64,000 nt of DNA from the NCBI GenBank assembly GCA_964016885.1, contig OZ024743.1, forward strand, positions 172,856,001-172,920,000. Reading direction: 5' to 3'. Both the position numbers and the translations under genes were made by a program. The notes beneath the pieces are model-generated. The model saw nothing but the letters and a program-made list of their open reading frames with translations. It was not told where the DNA came from and ran no database searches. The DNA comes from Eledone cirrhosa (taxonomy: Eukaryota). Positions 51,450 to 64,000 of this stretch are shown here, piece after piece; position 1 is the stretch's first letter; each line of letters opens with the position of its first letter.

Positions 51450-54285
51450 CCTTCCTTTATTTCAGGCATGGAAAACCAAAGCCAACACAAATCCATCTCC
51501 CACTCTTCTCCCCGAACCTTTATCCTCTTCTTCCCCACTATCTCCCAGTGAACTACATAACTTCAGAGTTGGTACCATGAATGTAGGCAGAGCTACATGA
51601 TCTTGACGACAGAGGACAACCTTGAGGAGAAGAATATGGAAGTTAAAGGACAAATTTAGAGACATGTGACTTGATGCTTTCGACAGTAAGGAAGAGCAAA
51701 TAGAGTCATACAATATAGAGGAGCAGTGGGAATTTCTTAAAGATAACCTACTGAAGGCAACAAATGAAATCTATGGCTGGAGCAGGCTTCTAGGGAGAAG
51801 GAGTGTGACTTGGTGGTGGAACAGTATGGAGGAGATAATTAAGACCAAGAGGTGGGCATGGAAAGAATGGCAAGAGGGAGTAAGTAGAGAACACTACCAG
51901 GTAGCTAAGTGAGAAGCCAGTCAACAAGTGTATCTTGCATGAAGGGAAACAGAAGATAAAAATTTTAAGCATGTTATGAAACAGGCGAGGACAAAAAATG
52001 TGAGGTGTTCAAGATTGCGAGACATGTGTCAAGGAAAATTATGATATTGTTGGGGAGAAGTGTGTCAGTGATGATAATGGTGTACTTGCCCTCACTGATA
52101 CTGAAAAGAAGGCAGCATGGAAGTGACACTATGAAAGATTACTAAATAAAGAGATTGAATGGGATGTAGATAGTTTGCTCCAAGTTGACCCAACAGAGGG
52201 ACCGGTTTTGTTAGTTAGTAGTAGTATAGTAAGAAAGGCAATCAAAGATATGAAGACTGGCAAGGCATCTGGACCTTCGGGGATAGTTGCTGAGATACTG
52301 GAAGTGTCTGAGATGGTGGAACACACCATAGTCACCCATATTGTAAACCAAGTAATAGAAAATGGTGTCATACCTAATGACTGGCATAGCAGCATCATTG
52401 TCAACTGCTACAAGGGCAAAGGAGATGCTCTAGACAGAGAAAACTATAGAGGCATTAAGTTGGTTGATCAGGTCAGGTTGACAGAAAGAGTTATCACACA
52501 GCTGATTAGGGACCAAATTAACCTTGATGAAATGCAGTTTGGATTTGTGCCAGGTAAAAGTACCATGGATGACCTCTTCTTCAAGAGGCAACTGCAGGAG
52601 AAGTACCTAGCTAAAAGGAAACCCCTCTACTTAGCCTTTGTTGTTTGGAGAAAACCTTTGAAAGAGTCCCCACTTCCATTATCTGGTGGGTTCTTAGAAA
52701 ACTAGGAGTAGATGAGTGGCTTGTGAAAGGTGTACAAGCCATGTATAGAAGAACAGTCAGCAAGGTTAGAATTAACAATGACTATAGTGAAGAATTTAGC
52801 CCTCTCCTGTTTATTATTGCCCTACAGGCTATAACAGAATAGCTTAAGACTGGCTGCCCATGGGAACTTCTGTATGCAGACAATCTAACTCTCATAGCTG
52901 AATCTATGGCAGATTTAGAAAAGAAATTCCAAACCTGGAAGCATGACCTAGAATCTAAAGGTCTTAACCCGGCATTTAAACCGGCTGTTTCCGGCCAGAA
53001 TTCTCTCATTTCTTTCTGTTCAAACTGGCTGCTCATCCAATATTAAGGTATTATTCTCAAAATAAATGATATCAAAATCTCATAGATTCAATATTATGTA
53101 AGATAATTGTGAGATAAAGCTTTTACTGCGAAAATACAATAGTATATATAGAGTAATGTGAATGCTAAAGGATTAAAGTTGACTTGTCAAAGACAAAAGT
53201 CCCCTTTAGGAAATGGACTTGCTCAGTGTACAGGAAAGGAGTAAGTAGAAATTCCCTTCTATGCCCCAAACGCAAGCTATAGGTACATAAAAGATGTAGT
53301 AGGATCACAGGTAAGCTATCAAAGAACGTAGGCTTTATATGCGGCTGATGCTCAGGTGCAGTAAGTAGCAAGAGCCCACAGGACACTTGCTCCTTCAAAT
53401 GCCCAGACGGTACTATAGAAATAAAAGACTCTTTCCATTACCTGGGTGATGAAATCAGAAGTGGAGGAGGGTGTTCCGGAAGTACAGTAGCCAGAGTAAG
53501 AACAGGATGGAGAAAGTTCAGAGAGCTACTACCGCTACAAGCTACAAAAGGTTTTTTCCTTAATATGAAGGGTAGATTGTATGATGCATGTATACAAACG
53601 TCAATGTTACATGGTAGTGAGACCTTGGCAGTGTGCAGAGGACTTGTGAAGACTGGAAAGAAATGAAACATGCATGCTCCCATGGATGTGTAATACATGA
53701 ACAGCAAAGTGTAAATGAACTAAGAGAGAAATTAGTTACAAGAGGGATCAGTTTGCGTTAGTATGGTCATGTGATGCATATGAAGGATGGCAGCTGTATA
53801 AAAAGGTGCATGGTGATCAAAATTGATGGAAGCCTTGGAGTAAGAAGACTTAGTACGAGGTGATAAAAGGTGACCTTGCATAACTGAACCTCTCAAAGAC
53901 AATGGCACTAATCGAGATCTTTGGCATTACGCAGTAACACAGAAGACATGCCTTCCCATGCGCACAGACTCAAATATACACCTAGTAGGCACCTCTTAAC
54001 CACTAAACCCCCACCCATTTACCCACTCCTGTCCTAACCAGCTTTACACTGTGAACAAAACATATCCAGCCCACACTGTGAAGTGGTCGTGTAGGAGTCA
54101 CGGCAAAAAGCACCCAGCATACACTGCAAATGTGGTTGGCGTTAGGAAGAGCATCCAACCGTAGAAACATAACCAGAAAGTCCTATATGAGTAAGACACG
54201 GTCATCTGACCCAACTTACCTCAAATGGGACGACCTGTCTAACATATGCTAGCATGGAAAATGGACATTAAATGATGATGATGAT
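51450..54285 (+). mobile_element. RTE LINE with internal deletion, interrupted by a MITE
   Basis: The APE start joins directly to the post-APE region. RT motifs at 52175-52960 and a GAT tail. Confidence 0.9.
52968..53172. mobile_element. piggyBac-type MITE inserted at a TTAA in the LINE
   Basis: TTAA duplicated at 52964-52967 and 53173-53176. Inverted homolog of 17553-17759. Confidence 0.85.
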
Positions 54286-54419
54286 ATATATAAAAATTGA
54301 GTATAGTTAGATTGTTCTTCACTACCACATTATGATGTATATCATCAGCATAGTATCCATACTGTCCATTGGAATATAGTGTTAGGCTGTAATACAAAAA
54401 CGTTTTATATAGTTTATGC

Positions 54420-54860
54420 TTACAAGCTGAAATTACCCCAGATTTTTTGCTTAAAATTTATTTGTTGGCGTAAAGGGTTTCCAGAGCTGCAGTGGCACAA
54501 AGATCACATGGTCTTTTATTTCCGTTATAGGTTCTACCTTTAGCTAACATCACTCAGTGTAACGTATATTGGATATTATTGTCTTTTATATTCCTTCTTA
54601 AAAGGTTTCGAAATGAATGAGAGTGCATCAACCTTACATTTGTAAACTATATTGTTTTATACGCATTTCCCAGCTAGAGGCAATTGCAGTTAGAACTAAC
54701 TTCAGAATTGTTTACATTACTACAGCTATGTAATTTAGCTAATTTAGATGCAGTGATGTTGTGTGTGAGGTTAGGAGTTGTGAAATAGGATATTTTAACT
54801 GTGTTTCTATTAAAAATCTTGTGATATTTATGTGTTAAAGTAAGAGAGGCTTTAGCTATT
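54420..54860 (-). mobile_element. Penelope-like fragment
   Basis: HKIFNRNTVKISY..TPN, CNC and CDLC motifs. Confidence 0.8.
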
Positions 54861-54879
54861 GGTGTGACCATTTCCATAT

Positions 54880-57200
54880 TATATCGCAGTAAGCAAGAGA
54901 CGGAATGAGACATACAGGGAGGTGTGGAGAAGAAATGTCTGGAAGTTAAAAGACCTTTCACTAAAATACAAATTTTGGAAAGCCCTTCAAGATGTGTATG
55001 ACGAAAAAGAAGACGATTTTGAGTCGTATGACATAGATGATAGCTGGAATTTCTTACGTGACAACTTACTGCAGGCTACTGAAGAAACTTGTGACTGGAG
55101 CAGAGCTCCAACCAGACAGAGAGTGACCTGGTGGTGGAACAGCACGGTAGATAAGGCCATTACAGACAAAAGACTAGCATGGAAGGCTTGGAAAAAGGGT
55201 GGGAGTAGAGAAGGATATACATCCGCTAAGAGAAAAGCTAGACGTCAGGTGTACTTAGCACGCAGGGAGGCTGAGAGTAGGAGGTTTGCCAATGGTCTGC
55301 TACGGGGAGATCAGAGACGTGCGGTGTTCTGCAAATCAGGATGTTGTTGGAGATAAATGTGTCCAGAATGATGCCGGTGTACTTAGTGTCACAAATGATC
55401 AGAAAAAGGAAGCCTGGAAATGTCATTATGAGGGACTGATGAATGTGGAGAACAAATGGGAGAGAGAAAAATTACCTCCAGTAGATCCGATAGAGGGACC
55501 AGCTATTGAGATTGACGAATATAGGGTCCAAGAGGCGATTAAGGAAATGAAAAATGGTAAGGTCGCTGGACCATCGGGGATAGTTGCTGAGATGCTGAAG
55601 GCATTAGGGGACGTAAGCAACTAAACTGGTTGCACGCATCATCAATCAGGCTATATATGGCAGTGACATACCCAAAGACTGGTGCAGCAGTATTCTCATA
55701 AATTGCTACAAAGGTAAAGGGGATGCTCTGGAGAGGAGCAATTATAGGGGTATAAAGCTGATGGATCAGGTCATGAAAGTGGCAGAAAGGATATTAGCGC
55801 AACTAATTAGAGAAAGGGTCAAACTAGATGAGATGAAGTTTGGTTTTGTGCCTGGGAAAAGTACAGCGGATGCCCTCTTCTTAGTGAAACAATTACAAGA
55901 GAGGTTCTTAGAGAAGAATAAGCCATTATACTTAGCTTTTGTTGACCTAGAGAAGGCCTTTGATAGGGTACCCTGATCTGTCATCTGGTAGTCCCTAAGG
56001 AAACTAGGTGTTGAGGAATGGCTTGTGAGGACAGTGCAAGCTTTGTACAGAGGTGGTGTCAGTAAAGTGACGGTAGGAATGGAGTTTAGTGAGGAATTCC
56101 AGATACAAGTAGGAGTACATCAGGGTTCGGTCCTCAGCCTGCTCTTGTTCATTATAGTCCTCCAAGTCATAACAGAGGAATTTAAGACTGGCTGTCAATG
56201 GGAACTTCTCTATGCTGACGATCTGGTTCTTATAGCAGAATCAGTAGAGGAGCTGGAGAATAGATTCTGGCTATGGAAACAGCAGTTGGAACCAAGAGCA
56301 CTGAGAGTGAACGTAGCTAAGACAAAAGTGTTGATGAGTAGAAAAGAGGCCAAAACTCTGATTCTGTCAGGGAAATAGCCACGTCCGATATGCCGAAAAG
56401 GAACTGGCATAAATTCTATAAAATATACACAATGCAGATCTTTGGTACACAAGAGATGTAGTGGGATAGCAGGCAAACTAACAGGTAGGGAAAACTATGT
56501 ATGCAGTAGATGTCCAGGGAAATTTGACAGTAGAAGTTGCATTGATAGACACATTTTTCCAATGCAGGTGGGTTCTATAGAAGTGGTTGATAGCTTCCGG
56601 TACCTAGGTGATCAGATAAGCATGGGAGGGGCATGTTCCGAGGCCATAGTAGCTAGAATAAGGATGGGTTGGAAGAAGTTTAGGGAGCTGCTTCCTCTGC
56701 TGACGAAGAAGGGTTACTCCCTGTGTACGAAAGGCTGGTTATATGATGCCTGTGTGAGGAGCACAATGCTGCATGGTAGTGAGACATGGGCAGCAACTGC
56801 AGAGGATATGCGATGGCTGGAGAGAAGTGAAGCAAGCATGCTCCATTGAATGTGCAATGTCAATGTGTATGAACGGCCAAGCATGGATCTGCTGAGAGAG
56901 AAACTGTCTCTGAGAGGGATAAATTGTTGTGTGCGGGAGAGGACTGCGATGGTATGGACATGTGATGCATATGGAGGATGACCGATGGGTGAAGAAGTGC
57001 CAGGAAATGCCAGTTGAAGGAAGACATAGTGGAGGAAGACCATGAAAAACATGGGCGGAGGTGGTGAGAGCAGACCTCAGATCACTGAAGCTCACGGTGG
57101 AGATGACGAAGGACCGTGACAATGGAGAGATGCTGTGCTGAATAGTACCTGTCCCACCCTTGCAATCAGGGAAAAGCGGACGTAAAATGATGATGATGAT
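54880..57200 (+). mobile_element. RTE LINE (second subfamily), 5'-truncated
   Basis: TWWWN, VDLEKAFDRVP, GVHQGSVLS and YADD motifs, and a GAT tail. Confidence 0.92.
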
Positions 57201-57998
57201 ATATATATAAGAGCGTACATGTGTTTCCATATTTATTGTGATGTTGACACCCTTTATGTATTGCAACTTAGTGGTTTGATGAGTGAAGATTAGTGGAATA
57301 AGTAACATAATAAGAGATAGCAACAGGAAGAGCATTTGAACATAGAATTTTATGTCTGCTTTTAACGCTGGCATGGATTTTACGAGTTGTCACACCCTGA
57401 CACCAGATGGGTTAGAACAACCCGTCTTGCTTATAATGAGCCATATCAGATGGACATATGATGATGATGAGTACAAGCACTGCAACACTAAATGTAAACA
57501 ATGGTAAGTAACTAGAAGAGATAACAATGTTTGAGAGAACTTTTCAGTCTGGCCTAACACGTGACAACCTCTCTAGTGTTGGTGCCACAATAAACTGTAC
57601 ACAGTACACTCTGTTAAGTATTAGTGTTGGTATCATGATAAAATGCACCTAGTACACTCTGTAAAATGGTAGTGCTGGTGCCACAATAAAATGCACTCAG
57701 TACACTCTGTAAGGTGGATGGGATTAGGAAAGGCATCTAACTATAGAAATGCCAAAAATGGAATGTATGAGCAAGACGTGATTCATTAACCTGTTTTGTC
57801 TATCCCAACTATGCCAGTGTGGAAAATGGATGTATGATGGTGATGATGATATGCAACAGGTTTTCTTACAGTTTCTGCCTACCAAATAACCCAGGGTTAT
57901 AAGAGAAGACACTTCTCCCAAAGTGCCATGCAGTAAGATTGAACAACTTAACCACACAGCCATGCTTGCACCAAACAATAAATAATATCAGTCATTAC

Positions 57999-58087
57999 CT
58001 GTTTCTGTGAAATAGTCCTCAAAATTTTCAAATCCATCTTCATCTACACGAATATTTTTCCCTTCAAAAATATTCTTTCGGGTATTT
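57999..58087 (-). CDS. CENPC: CENP-C-like exon 2 (Mif2_N-type motif)
   Basis: attgcag/gtaatg, 89 nt, phase 2 to 1. Encodes NTRKNIFEGKNIRVDEDGFENFEDYFTET. Confidence 0.88.
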
Positions 58088-58449
58088 CTGCAATAAATAT
58101 ATCAAAAATAAAAAAAAAAGCATCATTACATTTACTTGACTTATAAAACATTGGGAAATTTGAAATTTGGAAAATATAGTTGCCACAATGTAGATAACTA
58201 TGATAATAGTTGATGACTATAACAGTTGAATAAATCAGGTAACATACCCCTACAGACAGAAAAAGTGATCAGAGGTGCTTTGTGGGGAATCAAACTAAGT
58301 ATCTCATATATGCTGGGTGAGAGATGCATGGTTTGATTCCCCACAGTCCACTTTTTTCCAAAGATACTTTATATGATTTATTCAAGTTTATCTATAGTTA
58401 TCAGTATTGTGGTGATTATATTTTCAAAATTTCAAAGCATCATCAAGTT

Positions 58450-58750
58450 TAACAACAATGTTAAGATGTGTGAATGTCAAAGCATGGATGAGCTGAGAGT
58501 AAAGCGGAGTACAAGAAGAATCAGATGTAGTGTGCAGGAGAGAAGACTACATTGGTATGCATATGTGATGTGTATGGATGATGATCGTTGGGTAACGAGA
58601 TGCCAAGTGATCACAATGGAAGGAAGCTGTGGTAAAGGGAGACAAAGAAACACCTGGGCAGAGGTTGTGAGAGCCAAAGATCACTAAGATGACGAAAGAG
58701 GGATGCTATGCTAGCAAAAACATGTCTAAACCATGCAAGTGTGGAAAAAC
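58450..58750 (+). mobile_element. RTE LINE 3' fragment
   Basis: ERRLHWYAYVM and GRQRNTW. Confidence 0.78.
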
Positions 58751-59619
58751 GAATGATTTATGGTCATAGACTTTTTTTAATCTAACCAGGGACTAGACCA
58801 CCTCTTTTGTGCATGCTACAGTAAAATGTGTGAAATGGTTGGCCAACAAACAAAGACACTATAGGGTAGCCAGAGACAAGACAAGCACTCTAGTACTGAT
58901 GCTACAATAAATTGTACCCAGTACACTCGGTAAATTTGTAGAAAGATGACCCCCCCCCCCCCCTGATTTCAGTGAGAAATAATTTTTTTCATTTTTTTTT
59001 GTATGTGCTATCAATAAACTTACCTCCAAATATGGTGCAAAGGACATTTTTTCATGGAAAAGAGAGGAAGGAGAGGGGTGGTCTCTCGGACTTTTCACAC
59101 ACACCCCATCACCGATTTCAGTGGGACATAATCTCCCCCCCCCCCCCCTTTATTTTGTGCCTCTCCCTGTCACTGAGTTTCCTTTGCTATTTTTCCCTTG
59201 GTTTTTTCGTGTGCTACCAACTAAACTTACTCCCAAACATACAACGAAGGACTTTTTGCCTAGAAAACGGAGGCTGAAGCATAAATCCTCAAACTGGCCC
59301 CACCCAGAGTTTTATTTATTCCCTAACCCTAATATTGGGAGAGTGTGGGAGAAAAGTCTGAGGGTACCCCCACCCCTCCCTGTTTTCTGGAGGGAAAAAG
59401 TCCTTTACAGCATGTTCAGAGGCAAGATTAGTTGATAGCAAAAAAATGGGGGAAAAAATGGTAAAAATTGACCATTCAACAAAATAGTACAAAACTGATA
59501 TAAGTACTAGCGTTCAATACTATTATCTGAAAATCCTTATAAGCGGTGCCTCAGCATAGCTGCGGTCCAATAAAAGGAACCAGTCAAAAGAATTAGAACT
59601 AAAAGACACAAATACTTAC

Positions 59620-59651
59620 ATTCCAATTTGATGTAAAGTGCCAACGTCCAT
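59620..59651 (-). CDS. CENPC: CENP-C-like first coding exon (ATG)
   Basis: tttccag|A-ATG...|gtaagt. Encodes MDVGTLHQIGI and ends in phase 2. An upstream exon (UTR or coding) is implied but was not located. Confidence 0.8.
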
Positions 59652-60019
59652 TCTGGAAACAATGTTAATAGATTATAATTAATTTTCTGTTCTTTTTTTA
59701 TTGTACAAGATTGTGTGCTAAATATATAACAGTTATCTAGTTTCCCTATTTATATCTTACATTTGACACCACTAGCAAAGTAATGTCAGCATGGAAAGCA
59801 AAAGTAAAAGAAAGAGAAAAAGGGGGGATAGGAAAGGATAGAAAGCTTTTGATTATAAGTTTGCTCATTTAAAGGAATGATAGCTATCCTACTGTAGGAA
59901 AAACGTTGAATTAAAGCTGGGACCCACATTTTAGCAAATGGTACACAGTTCCTCTTCCAATGACACATATGAGACAGTGGGACATAGCTATAATATATGA
60001 AAACTGAACATTTACAAAT

Positions 60020-60023
<4 letters not shown>

Positions 60024-60072
<49 letters not shown>
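60024..60072. repeat. (TA)n microsatellite
   Basis: Direct reading. Confidence 0.95.
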
Positions 60073-60075
<3 letters not shown>

Positions 60076-60084
60076 GTAACTACA

Positions 60085-60211
60085 GTTAGTTCACCATACC
60101 GAGAACAATTGTTTCACCTTAGCGGATCCTCAGCTCGTAATGGTAATGGTCATTGTTACGAGCTGAGGATCCGCTAAGGTGAAACAATTGTTCTCGGTAT
60201 GGTGAACTAAC
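60085..60211. ncRNA. Perfect 56-bp inverted repeat carrying a putative minimal hammerhead on each strand
   Basis: CGAG-CUGAGGA-UCCGCUAAGGU-GAAAC-AAUU-GUU-CUCG at 60159-60196 (+) and 60100-60137 (-). Confidence 0.7.
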
Positions 60212-60340
60212 CGTTGTGTAACCACTTCTACGTAACTCGTCCCAAGGACTGAGTGCTCTACCACTACGGGTATTACCTTCCAGTGTTCCACCTCTCTCTC
60301 TCTCTCACTCTCTATATATATATATAAATATATACACACA

Positions 60341-60475
60341 TGGCTTAGTGGTTAGAGCATTGGCCTTGCAATCGAAAGGTTGTGAGTTCAATTCTCAGAC
60401 CGGGTGATGTGTTGTTTCCTTGAGCAAGACACTTCATTTCACATTGCTCCAGTTTACTCAGCTGTAGAAATGAGA
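60341..60475 (+). mobile_element. tRNA-derived SINE, second family
   Basis: Homologous to 37388-37520. Confidence 0.8.
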
Positions 60476-60672
60476 TGAGAGGGACTGAGGTCCCCATCAT
60501 TCCACTGTGGACATGGAGGTGCCACGGCAAAAAAACACCCAGCACTCACTGTAAATGAGGTTGGTGTTAGGAAGGGCATCCAGCTGTAGAAATCAAGCCA
60601 GAATCAGTTCCCGTCCTACCCTTGCAAGCAGGGAAAAGCGGACGTAAAATGAAATGATGATGATGATGACAC

Positions 60673-60713
<41 letters not shown>

Positions 60714-60714
60714 C

Positions 60715-63700
60715 ATCATCATCGTTTAACATCCATTTTCCACGCTAGCATGGGTCTGGACGAGAATTGTCCGACTTGAGGCAAGATTGGTTATCTTGCT
60801 CAGGACTGTCTGGCGGGTTTTCTACAGCTGGATGCCCTTCCTAACACCAACCACGTTTACAGTGTGGACTGGGAGGTTTTTACTGTTATCTACACGGCCA
60901 CATTACAACGGGGACTGAGTTTTTTTTTTTTGTCGTGACACCTACATCACACAATTTATTTAGGACTGGATGTTGTGGTACTAACATAGCTTTACATCGA
61001 AATGGGTGGTGTAGATGGCAGTGGGGGTAGGGTTAGTGGGACGGGGGGGTGTATTTTGGTTAAGAGGTGCCTACTGACTGTAGGTTTCGCTTTGTACTTA
61101 GGCAAGGCGGGTCTTCTGTATTACTATGTAGCGCCAAAGATCTCGGTCCAGTGACATTGTCTTGGAGAGGTGTAAGTGTGTGAGGTCGGATTTTATCAAG
61201 TCGTCCCAGGTTTTTCTGGGTCTGCCTACTCCGTAGCTACCATCTATTTTAATCGCCCTGCACTTTTTTATACAGCTGTCATCTTTCATGCGCATCACGT
61301 GACCATACCAACGTAGTCTTCTCTCGAGTAAACAGCATCTGATCGCTCTTATTCCTAATTTCTCACTTAGTTCATTTATGCTTTGCCGTTCGTGTATATT
61401 ACTATTACACATCCAACGGAGCATGCAAGCTCCGTTCCTCTCCAGTCTGCGTAGATTCTCTGCACACAAGGCCCATGTCTCACTGCCATGTAACAGCGCT
61501 GTTCGTATGCAGGCATCATACAGCCTGCCTTTTATTTTTAGAGAGAAACCTTTAGCAGCCAATAGTGGTATAAGCTCTCTGAACTCTTTCCATCCCGTTC
61601 GGACTCTAGCTACAGTTCTTTCGGAGCACCCTCCACCACTGCTGATTTTGTCACCCAGGTAACTGAAGGTGTCCACTATTTCTATAGAACCATCTGGACA
61701 ATGGAATGAGCTAGTATTCTGTGGGCATTTGCTGCTACTTATTGCACCAGAGCACCGGCCACATATAAAATCTATATTCTTAGTTAGCTTACCTGTGATC
61801 CCACTACATCTTTTATGCACCCATACTTTGCATTTGGGACATAAAATGGAGTTTCTGCCTACTCCTTTCCTACACACTGAGCATGGCCATTTCCCAGATG
61901 AGACCAGTGCCCTATTCTCCTTCCTACATATTAGGACTTTAGTCTTAGACAAGTTAACTTTAAGGCTTTTTGATTCTAGGCCATGCTTCCATGTTTGGAA
62001 TTTCTTCTCTAGTTCAGCCATTGATTCGGCTATGAGCGTTAGATCATCTGCATATAGAAGTTCCCATGGGCAGCCGGTCTTGAACTCCTCCGTTATAGCT
62101 TGGAGGCGATAATAAATAGGAGGGGTCTAAGGACACCAACTTTTACGCTAAACTCTTCACTAAATTCGTTGTTAATTCTAACCTTGCTGACTGTTTCTTT
62201 ATACATGGCTTGTATAGCTCTCACAAGCCATTCATCTACACCTAGTTTTCTAAGAGCCCACCAGATAATAGAGCGGGGGACTCTGTCAAAGGCTTTATCC
62301 AGGTCTACAAAAGCTAAGTTGAGGGGTTTACCTTTAGCTAGGTACTTCTGTAGTTGTCGTACAATGAAAAGTGTGTCTGTGGTACTTTTACCCGACACAA
62401 ACCCGAACTGCATTTCATCTAGATCAATTCGCTCACTGATTAGTTGCGCTTTTTACTTTTTCTGTGACCTTCATGACCTGGTCAATTAATTTAATACCTC
62501 TGTAGTTTCCCCTATCTAGGGCATCTCCTTTACCCTTGTAGCAGTTAATGATGACGCTGCTACGTCAGTCCTTTGGTATGACCCCATTCTGTATAACTTG
62601 GTTTACTATCCCGGTGACCATAGTGTGTCCCACCGTTCCAGATGCTTTCAGCATTTCAGCAACTATTTCCGAAGGCCCAGCCGACTTGCCCGTCTTCATA
62701 TCTTTGATTGCCTTACTTATTATACTACCTTCAACTTGCACTGCTGGTCGCTTTATTGGATCGATGTGGGGGAGGCTGTCTTTCTCCCATTTATTCGCCT
62801 TTCGTAGTGACACTTCCAAGCTACCTTCTTATCAGCGTCAGTGATGGCAAGTACACCATCATCATTATGGACACACTTCTTCCCGACAATATTACGGTTC
62901 TCCTCGACACATTGTCTAGCAATCCTGAACACCTCACGTTGTTGGTCCTCGCGTTGTAGAACATGCTTGAACTTTCTTTCCTCTGCTTCCCTTCTTGCGA
63001 AGTACACTTGTCTCCTAGCTTCCCTCCTACCCACTTCATAGTCTTCTCCACTTCCTCCATCCCGCCATACTTTCCAAGCCTGCTTTTTGGCCTTGATCGA
63101 CTCCTCCACCACCAAGTTACTCTCCTCCTGCCTATAGGTCTGCTCCAGCCACAGATTTCATCTGTCACCTTCAGCAGGTTAGCTTTCAGGAATTCCCACT
63201 GTTCCTCTATATTGTACGACTCTAATTGCTCTTCCTTACTGTCAAAAGCATCAAGTAATATGCTTTTAAATTTATTACTGGCTGTGGGGTCCTTTAACTT
63301 CCATATTTTTCTCCTAAGGATAGTACTCCTCTGTTGTCGAATACGTCTCATCCTGACTATGAGGTCGCTAACTATGAGTCTATGTTGGGAGGTGCATTCT
63401 TCATGGGGGAGGGATTTAGTGTTTACAACAGACACTCTGTCTCGTCTTCTGGTAAAGATATAATCTTTCTGACTGGCGTGTTCCCCTGATCTATAGGTGA
63501 TCAAGTGAGTACCAAACCCATAACTTCCATGAATTCCGTCATAGCCGTCACAGTGTTGTCCAACGTGACCATTTAGGTCGCCAGCAATAATTATATAATC
63601 ACTGTTGGTTATTTGGGAGGTAATGAGCATTAACGACTCATAGAATCTGTCTTTTATAATGCCAGGCAGTCCGGGTTGGGGTGCATACGCAGATATTATT

Positions 63701-64000
63701 GTCACAGTAGTTCTATTGAGGACAAGTCTTATTTTAATTATTCTGTCGTTCACTCTATTTATGTCTATTATCTTATCTACCCATTTTCCTGCTAGCATGA
63801 TTCCTACTCCACCCAGCCCATTGTCATTTCCCACCCAGAAAAGCTTATAGCATCGTTTTTTACCCACAATGAATCTAGCAGACCCACCCCTCCACCTGGT
63901 CTCTTGAATACAGCAAACATCAACCTCCTTACGTTCAAGCATCTCTACAACCTCGTTAGAGCGACCTTTTAAGGTACCTACATTCATGGTACCAACTCTG
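60715..64000 (-). mobile_element. Near full-length, relatively young RTE LINE that runs off the window
   Basis: Long ORF pieces at 62821-63987 (APE), 62093-62413 (RT) and 61098-62021. Same subfamily as 38540-41790. Confidence 0.94.

Larger units (their letters stand above)
12441..59651 (-). other. CENPC: CENP-C/Mif2-like kinetochore protein gene; span of 19 coding exons, about 634 aa
   Basis: GT-AG exon chain with consistent phases and no stops (1905 nt). N-terminus MDVGTLHQIGINTRKNIFEGKNIRVDEDGFENFEDYF resembles the yeast Mif2 N-terminus. C-terminal cupin ...MFLVQYGEVKVRIGCKTMVLSSGDSFMIPANEIYSLRN resembles the CENP-C cupin (GDSFYVPSGNYYNIKN). Confidence 0.85.

Noticed and set aside
58280-58345. 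15-bp inverted repeat TGTGGGGAATCAAAC/GTTTGATTCCCCACA
   Set aside because: No ribozyme core or tRNA fold identified; probably a small repeat relic.
58940-59470. Homopolymer-rich segment with ORFs of about 100 aa
   Set aside because: No motif; may be a decayed repeat or low-quality consensus.
62963-63463. Long antisense ORFs over LINEs (also 61669-62112, 56739-57374)
   Set aside because: Shadow frames of RTE coding sequence.

Overview
AT-rich eukaryotic genomic DNA dense in transposable elements. The RTE-LINE and tRNA-SINE families resemble those I recall from octopus/cephalopod genomes (inference). Reading splice sites by hand on the minus strand gives a phase-consistent 19-coding-exon gene (ATG 59651 to TAA 12441, about 634 aa), which the ORF track mostly misses. 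It encodes a CENP-C/Mif2-like kinetochore protein with an N-terminal Mif2_N-type motif (RVDEDGFENFEDYF) and a C-terminal cupin domain. I could not find the CENP-A-binding CENP-C motif. Instead there is an array of six duplicated phase-1 exons carrying SSP repeats; two come from a recent 674-bp tandem duplication, and another carries a 38-nt patch matching an intronic LINE. The introns and flanks hold two full-length but frameshifted Ty3/Gypsy LTR elements with tRNA-Trp PBSs, 4-bp TSDs and non-canonical LTR ends. They also hold more than 12 RTE LINE copies, Penelope, piggyBac and mariner relics, MITEs, SINE arrays, and two inverted-repeat elements with minimal hammerhead-ribozyme cores. Repeat boundaries are approximate unless a TSD is cited. 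Homologies are from memory, not from database searches.
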